NCBI GenBank assembly: GCA_963805085.1
Contig: CAWDTA010000005.1
Span: forward strand, 256,001-320,000
Direction of reading: 5' to 3'
From: an uncultured Veillonellaceae bacterium
GTDB taxonomy: Bacteria > Bacillota > Negativicutes > JARBTT01
DNA length: 64,000 bases
Shown: one piece after another, positions 1 through 14,164 of the stretch
Layout: each line of letters opens with the position of its first letter
How positions within the stretch are numbered: the first letter of the stretch is position 1
The notes under the pieces: generated by a model
Database searches by the model: none
Told to the model about the DNA's origin: nothing
What the model saw: only the letters and a program-made list of their open reading frames with translations
Program-made: the position numbers and the translations under genes

Positions 1-104
1 CGGTATTTACCTTAATTGTTATTCCAATTATTTTCTTGTTCTTTGAAAAACATCCAATGCATAGCTGGTGGGGAAGTTTGAAAAGACTAGTTTTTAAGGC
101 ATAG
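1..104 (+). CDS. 3' end of a probable RND efflux permease (AcrB-like), partial
   Basis: Frame from nt 3 reads VFTLIVIPIIFLFFEKHPMHSWWGSLKRLVFKA*, resembling the last TM helix of RND permeases; only about 33 codons are visible. Confidence 0.5.
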   Translation, partial: VFTLIVIPIIFLFFEKHPMHSWWGSLKRLVFKA

Positions 105-105
105 A

Positions 106-147
106 GAAAGGCAGGTCTGCAATGAAGTTTGCAGCCTGCCTTTTTCT
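106..147 (+). terminator. intrinsic terminator
   Basis: aaaggcagg-tctgc...gcag-cctgccttttt hairpin with T-tract directly after the stop codon. Confidence 0.7.
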
Positions 148-320
148 ATGATGACAAGGTATGTTTAGATTTTATCAAAATGACTTAGCAGTAGAGTCCT
201 TTGTACTGTTTGGCATGATCAGGGAATCGTAAGTATCATCATTAGATTTTTTTATTTGACGAAAGCTTGGAAACATCGTAATCTTATAGAAGAATTTTTT
301 TTAGTAGGTGTTGAAATTAT

Positions 321-1376
321 ATGAATCAAATTTTAAAAGCACTCTGTCTTTCTGTGACAGTCGGCGCTTTATTTGCGTTAATTAATGTGCCGTTACCTTG
401 GACATTAGGGCCAATTGCGGCGATTTCTTTATATTCCTTAAAAACAGGTAAGCGGATTTATTGGCCGATTACGATACGTGATACGGCATTGATCGTACTC
501 GGTTATGCGATGGGGAGACCCTTTACAGTAGAAACTGGCTATAAAATCCTTGAACATTTACCTTTGATGTTAATTGCAACCCTCATCACCGTATTTGTAG
601 GAATCCTTGTTGGCTATATTACCCATCGAAAAACTGGGATTAGCCTAGAAACTTGTTTGTTGGGGTGCGTACCAGGTGGATTATCCCAGATGGTGGTATT
701 GGCGGAGGAAATGGAAAATACCGATCAAACAGCGGTAACGATTATGCAAACGGTTCGTATGTTATCGGTCGTGTTTAGTGTACCATTTTTGACCATGCAT
801 GTACTTCATGATGGCAATCCAACTGCCGCTGCAGCAAGCGTATCGATGGTAAGTAGTAATGAAATATTGATTTATAGTTGTGTTGCCGTTGCAGGGGCTT
901 TTTTTGCTAAATTTTTACGATTACCCACAGCTTTTTTGTTAGGACCTATTTTGGTTACTGGTGCTTTTATTTTAGCAACAGGTATTCCAGCACCTATTGT
1001 ACCTTCTTATATTATTAGTACAGCGCAAGTATGTGTGGGTACATATATTGGTTCTAGTATTAATTTAGCTAAAATTAAAATATATCATGGCTTGATGCCA
1101 TGTCTTTTTGTCGGCGTCGCCGGTGTTTTATTTGTATCTTTATTTACGGGGTATATGGTTGTAAAGTTAACCTCAGTATCTCTTGCAACCGCATTTTTGA
1201 GTACTGCGCCGGGCGGGTTAGCCGAGATGGGAATCACTGCGCTAATCGTTGGGGCAGATATCTCGACAATGACGGCGTACCAATTGGTTCGTTTGCTCTT
1301 TATTATGCTACTATTTCCAATCATCGTAAAATTGATTATCAAGTTTCGTGATCGAAACTTATTGTCCAATCATTGA
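321..1376 (+). CDS. AbrB-family (putative ammonia monooxygenase-like) membrane protein
   Basis: Two-fold internal duplication (PLPWTLGP / PTAFLLGP; PGGLSQM / PGGLAEM), highly hydrophobic. Confidence 0.85.
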   Translation: MNQILKALCLSVTVGALFALINVPLPWTLGPIAAISLYSLKTGKRIYWPITIRDTALIVLGYAMGRPFTVETGYKILEHLPLMLIATLITVFVGILVGYITHRKTGISLETCLLGCVPGGLSQMVVLAEEMENTDQTAVTIMQTVRMLSVVFSVPFLTMHVLHDGNPTAAAASVSMVSSNEILIYSCVAVAGAFFAKFLRLPTAFLLGPILVTGAFILATGIPAPIVPSYIISTAQVCVGTYIGSSINLAKIKIYHGLMPCLFVGVAGVLFVSLFTGYMVVKLTSVSLATAFLSTAPGGLAEMGITALIVGADISTMTAYQLVRLLFIMLLFPIIVKLIIKFRDRNLLSNH

Positions 1377-2062
1377 TTCTCAATTTTATTCACAAACAAT
1401 TTCCCTTTACTATCAATGACCGCATATAAAACTTCAGCTTTATTTCTTATCCCTTGTTTGGCTAATTCATTTTCTAGCCAGGTAAGGGATAAATTATTTT
1501 TCGTTAAGTGCTCATGGAGGATTTCCCCATCCATAATTAACTCTACTGGAAAGGTTGCCTCTGCCATTTTGAGTCCCATATCCGTTTTAGTTACTGGTTG
1601 TTCCAATGTCTTTTTGATTACGCTGAGACCACCTGTTGTTTCTAAAATAGCAAACTGTACTTCACTAATATCAAGGACTCCTTGTTCGCGGAGCTGGGCA
1701 TTTAATTCATCCAAATCATAGCGAAGTTCCTTCATATTTTCTTTTAGAATAGTACCATTTTCAATTACGATTGTTGCCTCACCTTCGATAATCTTACGTA
1801 TGGAACGATTTTTTATGGTAAGATAGGAAAACACATAGGTAAGAATAACAAATAATACTAAATCATAAAAGTGACTCCAGACTTTATCCGGATCGGAAGC
1901 AGCTATATTAGCGGCAATCGATCCAATTGTAATGCCGCTAATGTATTCATAAAAGGTCAACTGCCCAACTTGAGTTTTTCCTAAAAACCGTGTGAAAATT
2001 AATAAACTGACAAAGACTAAACCAGTCTGCCAAGTATCGCGAAATATTTCTTGAAAGTCCAT
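1370..2062 (-). CDS. DUF421 / YetF-family membrane protein
   Basis: RFLGKTQVGQLTFYEYISGITIGSIAA and LREQGVLDISEVQFAILETTGGLSV motifs. Confidence 0.9.
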   Translation of the reverse strand: MDFQEIFRDTWQTGLVFVSLLIFTRFLGKTQVGQLTFYEYISGITIGSIAANIAASDPDKVWSHFYDLVLFVILTYVFSYLTIKNRSIRKIIEGEATIVIENGTILKENMKELRYDLDELNAQLREQGVLDISEVQFAILETTGGLSVIKKTLEQPVTKTDMGLKMAEATFPVELIMDGEILHEHLTKNNLSLTWLENELAKQGIRNKAEVLYAVIDSKGKLFVNKIENQ

Positions 2063-2248
2063 TGATGCACCTCATTCTATTATTTAAGTTATGCTTAATA
2101 TGTGCAATAGTAGGAAGAAATAGTCAGTAATATACTCAAAAAGATAAACCTATGGTTCCTTTTTTGAGTATAGACTTTACATATTACAAGTAGACAGGAA
2201 TTTGTATTTCATACATAGAAGTACTATATATTCTAAGTAAAGGAAATT

Positions 2249-2825
2249 ATGTATTTGTTATTGCGGGATTGCTAGTATTGGCTACTTATACTTGGCAATT
2301 TCGCAAAGTTCCCGGTGCAAAGGCGCAGGTATATGGGCAGATTTTGCTAATGCCCGCGAATATATTCGTGGTGTGCAGATGGCTAAAATGGAAACAGAAG
2401 GCTTGGTAGCAGCTTTACAAAACTACGTTACTTGGTTTTGCCGAGAATATGGTTTGGATATTCAACTAGATATTTCGAAGAAATTTGAAGAACAGGATAT
2501 GGGCTCGATTGCTGCATTACAGTTGCTCAGGATCGTTCAGGAAGCTTTGGCTAATATTCGTAAACATGCGAAAGCCAGTCATTGTTCCCTAAAACTGATG
2601 CTGGATGATACCGTGATTCGTGTTATTATTACAGACGATGGTGAAGGATTCGACATTGCCGTGTGTTCTTGTGGGACAGGTTTTGGGTTTACAACAACGC
2701 GTGAGCGCGCTGAAAAAGCTGGCGGCATGCTAAAAATAAAATCAGTTCTTGGTCAAGGGGGAAAAAAGAGTCATAGAAATTCCTCGAATTGCATCTTAGC
2801 TATGGGGGAGAGATACATAAGATAA
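2249..2825 (+). pseudogene. NarX/HisKA_3-type sensor kinase remnant with internal deletion
   Basis: Only the HATPase end remains (LLRIVQEALANIRKHA, DDGEGFD, RERAEKAGG). A short N-terminal TM piece (VIAGLLVLATYTWQFRKVPGA) lies in another frame, and no H-box is present. Confidence 0.7.
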
Positions 2826-2871
2826 AGCGGAAAATTTTTTCATAACTTTGATGGAGAGGAAGTTATTTTTA

Positions 2872-3539
2872 GTGAGAGTACTACTTGTTGACGATCATTT
2901 CCTGTTATTGGAAGGAATGGTCAATCTCTTTGCCGCACAGGGAATCGAGGTTGTCGGTACGGCTAGAGACGGATTAGAGGCATTGGAGCAGGCACGCAAA
3001 TTACAACCGGATGTTATTTTGATGGATGTCTACATGCCCCGTTGTGATGGGGTATCAGCTACTCGCTTAATAAAAGCGGAACTGTCGAAGATAAAAATTG
3101 TTATGCTGACGGCCTAGGAAGAGGAAGAAAACCTATTTGAAGCAATAAAAAATGGTGCTTGTGGCTATTTGTTAAAAAATTTGCAGGCAGAAGAATTGAC
3201 TACAATATTTTCTGATATAGAAAATGGCGAGCCCCCAATGGCACTTGGCCTAGCAATGAAAGTTCTGAAAGAGTTTGCTCGCCAGCAAGAGGCTGGTAAA
3301 GAGTCTCTTGCGATAGAAAAAGCACCAGTAGAAGCAAAATTTTCGCCACGGCAGACGATTGTATTATCTCTTGTCGCTCAAGAGAAGAACTATCGTCAAG
3401 TTGCCGAAATTCTTTTTTTAGTGAACGGACGATTAAATATGAGATCAAAGAGATCTTGAAACGCCTCCACTTAAAGAATCGCAGTGAAGCAATTGCCTAC
3501 GCCGCGTGCAGTGGTATTGCGGACGTAAAAGTAGAATGA
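2872..3539 (+). pseudogene. NarL/LuxR response regulator, disrupted
   Basis: VLLVDDH...DVILMD receiver; in-frame TAG at 3115-3117 (MLTA*EEEENLF); frameshift in the T-run near 3413-3419 inside the LuxR HTH, which resumes as SERTIKYEIKEILKRLHLKNRSEAIAYA. Confidence 0.85.
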
Positions 3540-3811
3540 AGAAGAAAAACGAAAGTGCAGTCTGAAAAAGATTGCACTTTTTATTTAATACAATAAAAAG
3601 CCACAGATTTATTCTGAGGCTTTAGAAATAATGAATTGCCATGATTTCAGAATTTACTTCTCCGTGCGCATTTATCTATGTAAAGTGTGCTGAATTACAT
3701 TCCATATTTTCTATGAATATTATACCATAAATCTATTCAAATATTAAGACTGCTAATTATTGGGATTTGCTGATATAATTGCTTATAGACTATGAGGTGG
3801 AAGGTGATTCA

Positions 3812-4525
3812 ATGAAAATTGTAGTTATTAATGGGAGTCATAAAGGAAAGGCTGGCAATACCAATATAATGGTGAATGCCTTTTTAAAAGGAGCGCAGGA
3901 AGCAGGTGCGGAAACAGTAAATATTTTTTTGGCGGAAAAGGAGATTAAATATTGCAAGGCCTGTAAAGCTTGTTGGTTTAATAGCCAAGGGCAGTGCGTG
4001 ATCGAAGATGATATGGCTGAGATAATATCTCTTATGGAAGGTGCAGACATTCGTATCTTGGCTACGCCACTTTATTTTGACAATATCTCTAGTATGCTAA
4101 AAGTCTTTATGGATCGGATGATGGTAACGGCCAATCCTTATTGGGAAAAGGATAAAGATGGGGAATGTCGACATTTCACAACCAGTTTACCTCCGAAATT
4201 AATAATGATAGCCAACTGTGGGTATCCAGAAAGATCTCATTTTCAAGTCATTTCTCATTGGATTAAGAGGCATGCGCGTAACATAAACACAGATATAATC
4301 TGCGAAATATATGCTTCACAAGGTGCTCTTCTGAGTACCAATGCAGATGAGGTGAGGCCGATTATTGCTACTTATCTGAAGGTTTTAGAAACAGCAGGTA
4401 AAGAAATTGCTACCGAAATGAAATTAACCGAGAAAACCGCAAAATTGTTAGAACATAACTTTATTCCTAATGAAATTTACATTAAAAAAGTTAAGCGATA
4501 TGTTGATAATATGCTGAAAAAGTAG
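3812..4525 (+). CDS. flavodoxin-like / iron-sulfur flavoprotein (FMN_red family)
   Basis: MKIVVINGSH, CKACKACW...C Fe-S motif, ATPLYF, LKVFMDR; RBS aaggtg before ATG 3812. Confidence 0.85.
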   Translation: MKIVVINGSHKGKAGNTNIMVNAFLKGAQEAGAETVNIFLAEKEIKYCKACKACWFNSQGQCVIEDDMAEIISLMEGADIRILATPLYFDNISSMLKVFMDRMMVTANPYWEKDKDGECRHFTTSLPPKLIMIANCGYPERSHFQVISHWIKRHARNINTDIICEIYASQGALLSTNADEVRPIIATYLKVLETAGKEIATEMKLTEKTAKLLEHNFIPNEIYIKKVKRYVDNMLKK

Positions 4526-4849
4526 TTTTATCGTGGCCATGAAAAACATTTTGATGAAGTTTTCACTACTTAATAATAAAATATATTAAAGTGGCAGATA
4601 TAAAAGGTAGTGGGGTTATCTTATGCACAAAGTATATTTAGAAATGATAGGTCTAGCTTCACGAATATAAGTATGGAAAGCCTATTCATAAAAATAATAG
4701 GAATGCAATCTAAATAAAAATTGCATTTTTGGGCAATGAAATTTGTGATTTTTAGGAAGCTTATACATAGATTTATGGTAATGCTATCTGATAAAATAGT
4801 AAGGAAAGCTAATATTAGAAAAATATTCTATTATCCGAAAGGAGAGTCT

Positions 4850-5710
4850 ATGTTAGAAAAATCAGTGTGTACAATAAAAAGTAATCTCGTAAAGGGGAAA
4901 ATATGTTTATTAGTTATTTGTCTAGCCGCAAAAATTAGTTTCGGCAATGCAACTGTAACGTTTGCGGCTGATGCAGATACAGTTGAGACTGCACAAGAAA
5001 GCCATGTAATTCCTTATCCTGCTGATTATAATCTGACGAGTGAAGGTGCATCTGCATATCAGGGGATAGGCAATGTCAAAAACTCTCCCTATTACACTTC
5101 AGTGGATTATTACAACCTCAAGTCAACCAATACCTTAACAATTCTGTCGCACTATAAAACGTATCAACAAACAACAGAAATAACCTGTGGTCCGGCCGCG
5201 GTTTTAACCGTTTTACATTATTTTGGTGATACTAACTGGGATGAACAAAAAATAGCCCAAATAATGGGTACAAAACCAGCAGTAGGTACAGAAACGAAAG
5301 GAATGGTTACGTTTTTTAAACAGCTAGGCTGGGAGGTTCAATCAAGTTTGACGACAGAGAAAAATGGTAACACCTTTGCATCGGTAAAGGATTTCAAAGA
5401 ATTTGTAATTGCAAATTTGAAAAATAATACCCCAGTATTGGTTGAAAATATTGATTGGGGCGGGCATTGGCGAGTTATCATTGGTTATGATACGATGGGC
5501 ACAGCTACGGAAGCTGATGATGTTTTGATTTTAGCCGATTCGTATGATACCGCAGACCATTTGCAGGATGGTTATGTCGTAACTTCAGTAGAAAAATTCT
5601 ATTTCATGTGGTTTGATGCCCATATGCTACCCAAAGATCATCAAGAGCAGCAATGGTTAGTAGTAAAACCAGTTAATGGAAATAAAACCAGCAATGAAAA
5701 TCAAAAGTAA
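4850..5710 (+). CDS. secreted C39-like (papain-fold) cysteine peptidase
   Basis: Signal-like N-terminus; QQTTEITCGPAA (Cys), GGHWRVIIGYD (His), LADSY (Asp); RBS aaggag before 4850. Confidence 0.8.
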   Translation: MLEKSVCTIKSNLVKGKICLLVICLAAKISFGNATVTFAADADTVETAQESHVIPYPADYNLTSEGASAYQGIGNVKNSPYYTSVDYYNLKSTNTLTILSHYKTYQQTTEITCGPAAVLTVLHYFGDTNWDEQKIAQIMGTKPAVGTETKGMVTFFKQLGWEVQSSLTTEKNGNTFASVKDFKEFVIANLKNNTPVLVENIDWGGHWRVIIGYDTMGTATEADDVLILADSYDTADHLQDGYVVTSVEKFYFMWFDAHMLPKDHQEQQWLVVKPVNGNKTSNENQK

Positions 5711-5711
5711 T

Positions 5712-5905
5712 TATATTCACTTATCCAACGATGTAAACTACTGTCAATGATGCCTAAATCTCTAGCAGCCTCAAGAACAGATTTATCCGTACTTTGTGAC
5801 ATTTTGACGGTTACCGTTTTAAACTGCTTGTCAGATACAGCCATTTTCATAATCTGGTCTATCTTTCGCACTTAACTTTGTGTCCAGATTATTATATCAT
5901 CTCCA
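5712..5905 (-). mobile_element. IS3-family remnant (left end plus degenerate OrfA)
   Basis: Minus strand begins TGGAGATGATATAATAATCTGGACAC (IS3-like end). ATG at 5844 reads MAVSDKQFKTVTVKMSQSTDKSVLEAARDLGIIDSSLHRWISEY, HTH_Tnp_1-like. Confidence 0.75.
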
Positions 5906-5966
5906 AAAGATAACCAGAAGTTCTGTCTAGGACTTCTGGTTATCTTTTTTTTGTTCAAAAAACATA

Positions 5967-5997
5967 TTGACATGTCTATAACTTTATACTTTAAACT
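5967..5997 (+). promoter_or_regulatory. MerR-type promoter with 19-bp spacer
   Basis: TTGACA-tgtctataactttatactt (19 nt)-TAAACT upstream of an operon ending in a MerR gene. Confidence 0.6.
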
Positions 5998-6037
5998 CTA
6001 TATTATCATAAGTGAAATTAGGTAGGGAGTAGTGTTT

Positions 6038-6460
6038 ATGAAAAAGAAAATTTTAAGGATTCGAACATTTTATTGGTTGGGAGCTATTTTGGATGCGCGA
6101 CTTGGAATTGTACTATTAGTAAAGAGATATCTAGAAATGCCGGATTTTATACGAAACCCTGATTCTAGGGCTACGCTATTAGCTGGATTATATAGTGTGG
6201 GACAAGATTGCGGGCTGATGTGGGGATGGAAATTTTTGCTTATTTGGGCAGACCGGAAACCTTTGGCGAGAAGAGGCGTAATATTACTAACCGTATTTCC
6301 AGTCGTTTTTCTCTTGTTGATAAATGTTATAGATATAATTCTAAGAGGCGTTGACGTTATCTCTAACCAGGGGATTAATATTGGAATAGGAATTATTTTA
6401 ATAGTCTGGGGCTTATATTGCTATATTGAGGCAGGAAAAATTGAAAAAGAACTACATTGA
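6038..6460 (+). CDS. hypothetical membrane protein
   Basis: About four hydrophobic segments, WADRKP..RRGV motif; RBS gggag. Confidence 0.65.
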   Translation: MKKKILRIRTFYWLGAILDARLGIVLLVKRYLEMPDFIRNPDSRATLLAGLYSVGQDCGLMWGWKFLLIWADRKPLARRGVILLTVFPVVFLLLINVIDIILRGVDVISNQGINIGIGIILIVWGLYCYIEAGKIEKELH

Positions 6461-6511
6461 AATAAAGCAATTACATGTTTTAAGGTGACTCTATTGAGAG
6501 GTGGTATGTAA

Positions 6512-7729
6512 ATGTTCTTGATTAATCGAAATTTTGGGCTACTTTGGTTTGGGCAGTTAGTTTCGCAGTTAGGTGATAAAGCGTATAACATTGCGCTGAT
6601 GTGGTGGTTGTTTGAGAAAACTAAATCACCATTTTTTGTTAGTTCTTATCTTGTTGCATCAATGCTGCCGGAGTTGATCTTTGGTCCAGTGGCTGGGGTG
6701 TATATTGATCGCTGGAACAAAAAGAAAATATTAGTTGTATCTGATATAGTTCGAGGAATTGTTGTTTTAGCGCTTGCTGTTCTTTATCAGTTGAATCTTT
6801 TAGAAATATGTCATATCTATATAGCGGCACTCTGTATATCTCTATGTGTTGCGTTATTTAATCCAACGGCAATGTCGGTTATACCGGTCATTGTTGAAAA
6901 AGGCAAACTCCAGCAAGCAAATGCTATGAGTCAAATGGTAACAGGGGGCGTATCGATAATCGGCCCATTATTAGGGGCTTCTAGTGTTGCTTTAATAGGA
7001 TATGTAGGAGTGCTCGTATTTAATGGGATTTCTTATATTATATCAGGAGTATGCGAGGTTTTTTTGCGGATACACACAATAGAAAAACAGACTAAGGAAT
7101 CGGTTTTTGCTAGTTTGATGCAAGGTTTTCATTATATTAGGACAGATGTGCGGGTGTCTGTAATTGTAGTTGTGATTGCTATCGTTCATGTATTTGTCGG
7201 AAGTATTGTAGTTATTATGCCTTTTGTTGCCAATTTATTGGTTGGAAACGAGCTCAATAATTTAGGAGTACTACAAGCTGCCATTGGTCTTGGGATGATT
7301 GTTGGGGCGGTATACATATCAAAATATGTACGTAAAATTTTTAATGAATTATATCTCTTTTACGCTATTATGTGCATGGGGTTAGGAATTTTAACACTTG
7401 GAGTACTACAGTTAATGCAGGTTCAGTTACTAGTTTTTTATGCAATAGTTTGCACAATGATAGGTTTTTGTATAGCTGTTGCAAGTGTGTTTTGGCGGAC
7501 GATCGCTCAGCATTGCGTTCCTAAAGAAATGACTGGACGAGTTTTTAGTGTATTTTCTACGACAGGCAATATTTCTTTACCTATTTCGATTGGAGCATTC
7601 GGAATATTCTTGAACTATATCAACTCTGCATCGTTATTAGCTTTAACAGGAGCTTGCCTAATCATCATTGGAATAGTACTGTTATATAAGAAACAAAAAA
7701 TTTTTAATGGTACTTTAAACAAGGGATAA
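6512..7729 (+). CDS. MFS transporter (DHA3/macrolide efflux-like)
   Basis: NRNFGLLWFGQLVSQLGD, GVYIDRWNKKKILV motif A, EMTGRVFS. Confidence 0.9.
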   Translation: MFLINRNFGLLWFGQLVSQLGDKAYNIALMWWLFEKTKSPFFVSSYLVASMLPELIFGPVAGVYIDRWNKKKILVVSDIVRGIVVLALAVLYQLNLLEICHIYIAALCISLCVALFNPTAMSVIPVIVEKGKLQQANAMSQMVTGGVSIIGPLLGASSVALIGYVGVLVFNGISYIISGVCEVFLRIHTIEKQTKESVFASLMQGFHYIRTDVRVSVIVVVIAIVHVFVGSIVVIMPFVANLLVGNELNNLGVLQAAIGLGMIVGAVYISKYVRKIFNELYLFYAIMCMGLGILTLGVLQLMQVQLLVFYAIVCTMIGFCIAVASVFWRTIAQHCVPKEMTGRVFSVFSTTGNISLPISIGAFGIFLNYINSASLLALTGACLIIIGIVLLYKKQKIFNGTLNKG

Positions 7730-7815
7730 AGAGAAGGTGGGGAGAATGATTGTCCCTCCACTGAGTAAATTGTTTTTCATTTTTGTCAAAGTATTTTGAG
7801 AAAGGCAGTGGAGAG

Positions 7816-8343
7816 ATGGTAGCTTCAATTGGCCAACTCGCAGGTAAATTTAATTTATCGCGGAGTACATTACTTTATTATGATTCGATTGGTATATTAT
7901 CGCCTGCTAAAAGGAGCAACAACAATTATCGTGTATATTCTGAAGAAGAGTGTCATCGTTTGGAGCAAATAGCTATTTATCGCAGAGCAGGTTTGTCCCT
8001 TCAAGAGATAAAAGAAATATTAGACGGTACAAAATGTGCTGCAGTAATTAATTTGGAGGCAAAATTGGAAGAATTAAATGAAGAAATTGCTATATTAAGG
8101 CAGCAACAGTATTTTATTATTAACCTTTTGCAGGATCATCGACTTTTGGACAGGGTGAGTACAATTCAAAAGGATTCATTTGTCGGGGTGTTACAGTCCG
8201 CCGGGATCAATGATAAGGCTATGTGGAAACTTCATAATCAATTCGAAAAGCAATTCCCAGAGAAGCATGAAACTTTTCTGCAACTTCTTGGGTTAACTAC
8301 TGAACAAGTTGGAGAAATTAGGCGGTGGTCGCGAGAGGCGTAA
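7816..8343 (+). CDS. MerR-family transcriptional regulator
   Basis: SIGQLAGKFNLSRSTLLYYDSIGILSP..RSNNNYRVY. Confidence 0.92.
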   Translation: MVASIGQLAGKFNLSRSTLLYYDSIGILSPAKRSNNNYRVYSEEECHRLEQIAIYRRAGLSLQEIKEILDGTKCAAVINLEAKLEELNEEIAILRQQQYFIINLLQDHRLLDRVSTIQKDSFVGVLQSAGINDKAMWKLHNQFEKQFPEKHETFLQLLGLTTEQVGEIRRWSREA

Positions 8344-8583
8344 GAGTGGAGGGAATGTCAATAACTAATAAAAATCCGAATCTTTATTAGTTATTATGGC
8401 TTCGCAAATATAATTACTCATAGAAAAAATATTAGTCATATAATCGGTATTTTTTTATTTGAAATACAAAATAATAATAGTTATGTAATAAAAATCAACA
8501 ACTTATTTATACAAGTGAAGTAAATCATGATATAATTTACAGCTGAGTGTATATTTATATTTTCTAGTTTAGGAGGATTTATT

Positions 8584-9963
8584 GTGAATATTTTTCGTAC
8601 TAAAGGTCTTGAAGTATTAAAAAAAGAGGCAGCGACTACTTCTTTGCACAGATCATTAGGTGCTTTAGATGTTGTTTTGCTAGGCGTAGGGGTTATCATT
8701 GGTACAGGTATTTTTGTACTGACTGGTCTTGCTGCCGCAAAATATGCTGGACCTGGTTTAATGCTATCCTTCGTTATTGCCAGTGTGACTTGCGCTTTTG
8801 TCAGCTTGGCTTATGCAGAGCTTGCTTCGATGGTACCGGTATCGGGAAGTGCCTATACGTATACATATGCTTCTTTGGGAGAATTCATTGCCTGGTTAGT
8901 AGGTTGGAATTTAATTTTGGAATATACTGTTGGGGCTAGTGCCGTTGCAGGCGGCTGGTCAGCGTATATGGCTGGCTTACTAAAATCTGGTGGAGTTGAA
9001 TTGCCAAAAGCTTTAACTGCTGTGCCAGCAGATGGCGGGATTGTTAACTTACCAGCTATGTTGATTACGTTATTTTTAACTTATTTATTAGTACTTGGGA
9101 TCAAAGCAAGTACGACAGTTAATAAAGTGTTAGTTGCCGTTAAGTTTATTGCGATCTTTACCTTTCTGTTATTAGCGGGTCCAAAAGTTGACGTTACAAA
9201 CTGGACACCGTTTATGCCATTCGGTTTTGCTGGTGTTTCCGCTGGGGCTGCGGTTATTTTCTTTGCGTATCTTGGCTTTGATGCCGTTGCAACAGCAGCT
9301 GAGGAAACGCGCAATCCAAAACGCGATATGCCAATTGGTATTATCGGTTCGCTTGCTATTTGTACGGTTTTATATATCGCAGTATCTGGGGTTATGACAG
9401 GCGTCGTGAGTTACACAGAGCTTGATAATGCTGAACCAGTTGCCTACGTGCTACGAACCATTGGCTATAATTTTGGTTCTGCTGTCGTGGGGACCGGGGC
9501 GATTGCAGGTCTAACAACAGTTTTATTGGTTATGATTTATGCACAAACGAGAGCATTTTTTGCGATGTCACGTGATGGACTCATTCCAGCTGGCATTTGT
9601 AAAGTTCATCCGAAATATGGTACGCCTCATGTTATCACGATGATTGTTGGGGTTATCATTGCAATTATTAGTGGTTTTACACCGATTCATATTGTTGCAG
9701 AAATGTGTAGTAGTGGGACTTTATTTGCGTTCGTTATTGCTTCTATTGGTGTTGTTGTTATGCGTCGTCGGTATCCAGAGGCAGACCGTCCTTTCAAGTG
9801 TCCAGCAGTGAATGTGATTGCTAGCCTAGCAATCATTTCTTGTCTTTACGTTATGAGCAACTTATCGAGTATGACAATAGAAAGATTTTTCGTTTGGAGT
9901 ATCATTGGCTGTGTGATTTATTTCATGTATGGTTATTCACACAGTAGATTAAATCACAAATAG
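8584..9963 (+). CDS. APC-family amino acid permease
   Basis: GVIIGTGIFV, YAELAS.VPVSGSAYTY, FFAYLGFDAVATAAEETRNPKRD. Confidence 0.93.
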   Translation: MNIFRTKGLEVLKKEAATTSLHRSLGALDVVLLGVGVIIGTGIFVLTGLAAAKYAGPGLMLSFVIASVTCAFVSLAYAELASMVPVSGSAYTYTYASLGEFIAWLVGWNLILEYTVGASAVAGGWSAYMAGLLKSGGVELPKALTAVPADGGIVNLPAMLITLFLTYLLVLGIKASTTVNKVLVAVKFIAIFTFLLLAGPKVDVTNWTPFMPFGFAGVSAGAAVIFFAYLGFDAVATAAEETRNPKRDMPIGIIGSLAICTVLYIAVSGVMTGVVSYTELDNAEPVAYVLRTIGYNFGSAVVGTGAIAGLTTVLLVMIYAQTRAFFAMSRDGLIPAGICKVHPKYGTPHVITMIVGVIIAIISGFTPIHIVAEMCSSGTLFAFVIASIGVVVMRRRYPEADRPFKCPAVNVIASLAIISCLYVMSNLSSMTIERFFVWSIIGCVIYFMYGYSHSRLNHK

Positions 9964-10344
9964 TTAGCTTTTAAGAGAAATCAAGAAAAATCTTTATTTA
10001 AAAGCGACTAAAGTCACAATTATGTGCTTAATAATTTACTTTAGTTATAATATTCTGACAATGTCATAAATGATAATAATATATTATCGTTAAAATAACT
10101 GTATTATATTTACTTTAATTTTGCTTGGGTGTATAATTAATTAATATTTGTTCGTATATAGTGCATAAAAAAACATAACTTCGTCATAAAAATTCAGTTA
10201 TGCATATGATGGTATACGAAGAATTATTTGTTTTATGTAATAGTAATATATGATTTATTGTATGTTACATATTTACAGTAAAAATAGTGTCCCTAAGTGT
10301 ATTTACAGGTTCATTCGCTATACAGTTGTATAGTAATTTTGTAA

Positions 10345-13879
<3,535 letters not shown>

Positions 13880-13891
13880 GCGTACTAATAG

Positions 13892-13932
13892 AAAAAGGTT
13901 AGTGTACATTTATTGTTACACTAACCTTTTTT
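13892..13932 (+). terminator. intrinsic terminator of nifJ
   Basis: aaaaaggttagtgta...tacactaacctttttt hairpin. Confidence 0.75.
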
Positions 13933-14164
13933 GTATGTAAAAAACACCTGCTAGGGATAGTGCAGGTGTTTTTAGAAGGGTGTTTTTATATGGTTGTCGT
14001 TTTGAGTGTATAGTGAAAAGTTTAGTTTAGGCGAACCAAATTTTCACTACATCTGAGTGTTTATATAATATATAGGTTGTCTACAAGAGTTATTTTATAA
14101 TAAATTGCTGTTATTGTCTTGATGCGTTAATACAGTTTTATAATGGTTATTTTTGTAGAAATGT

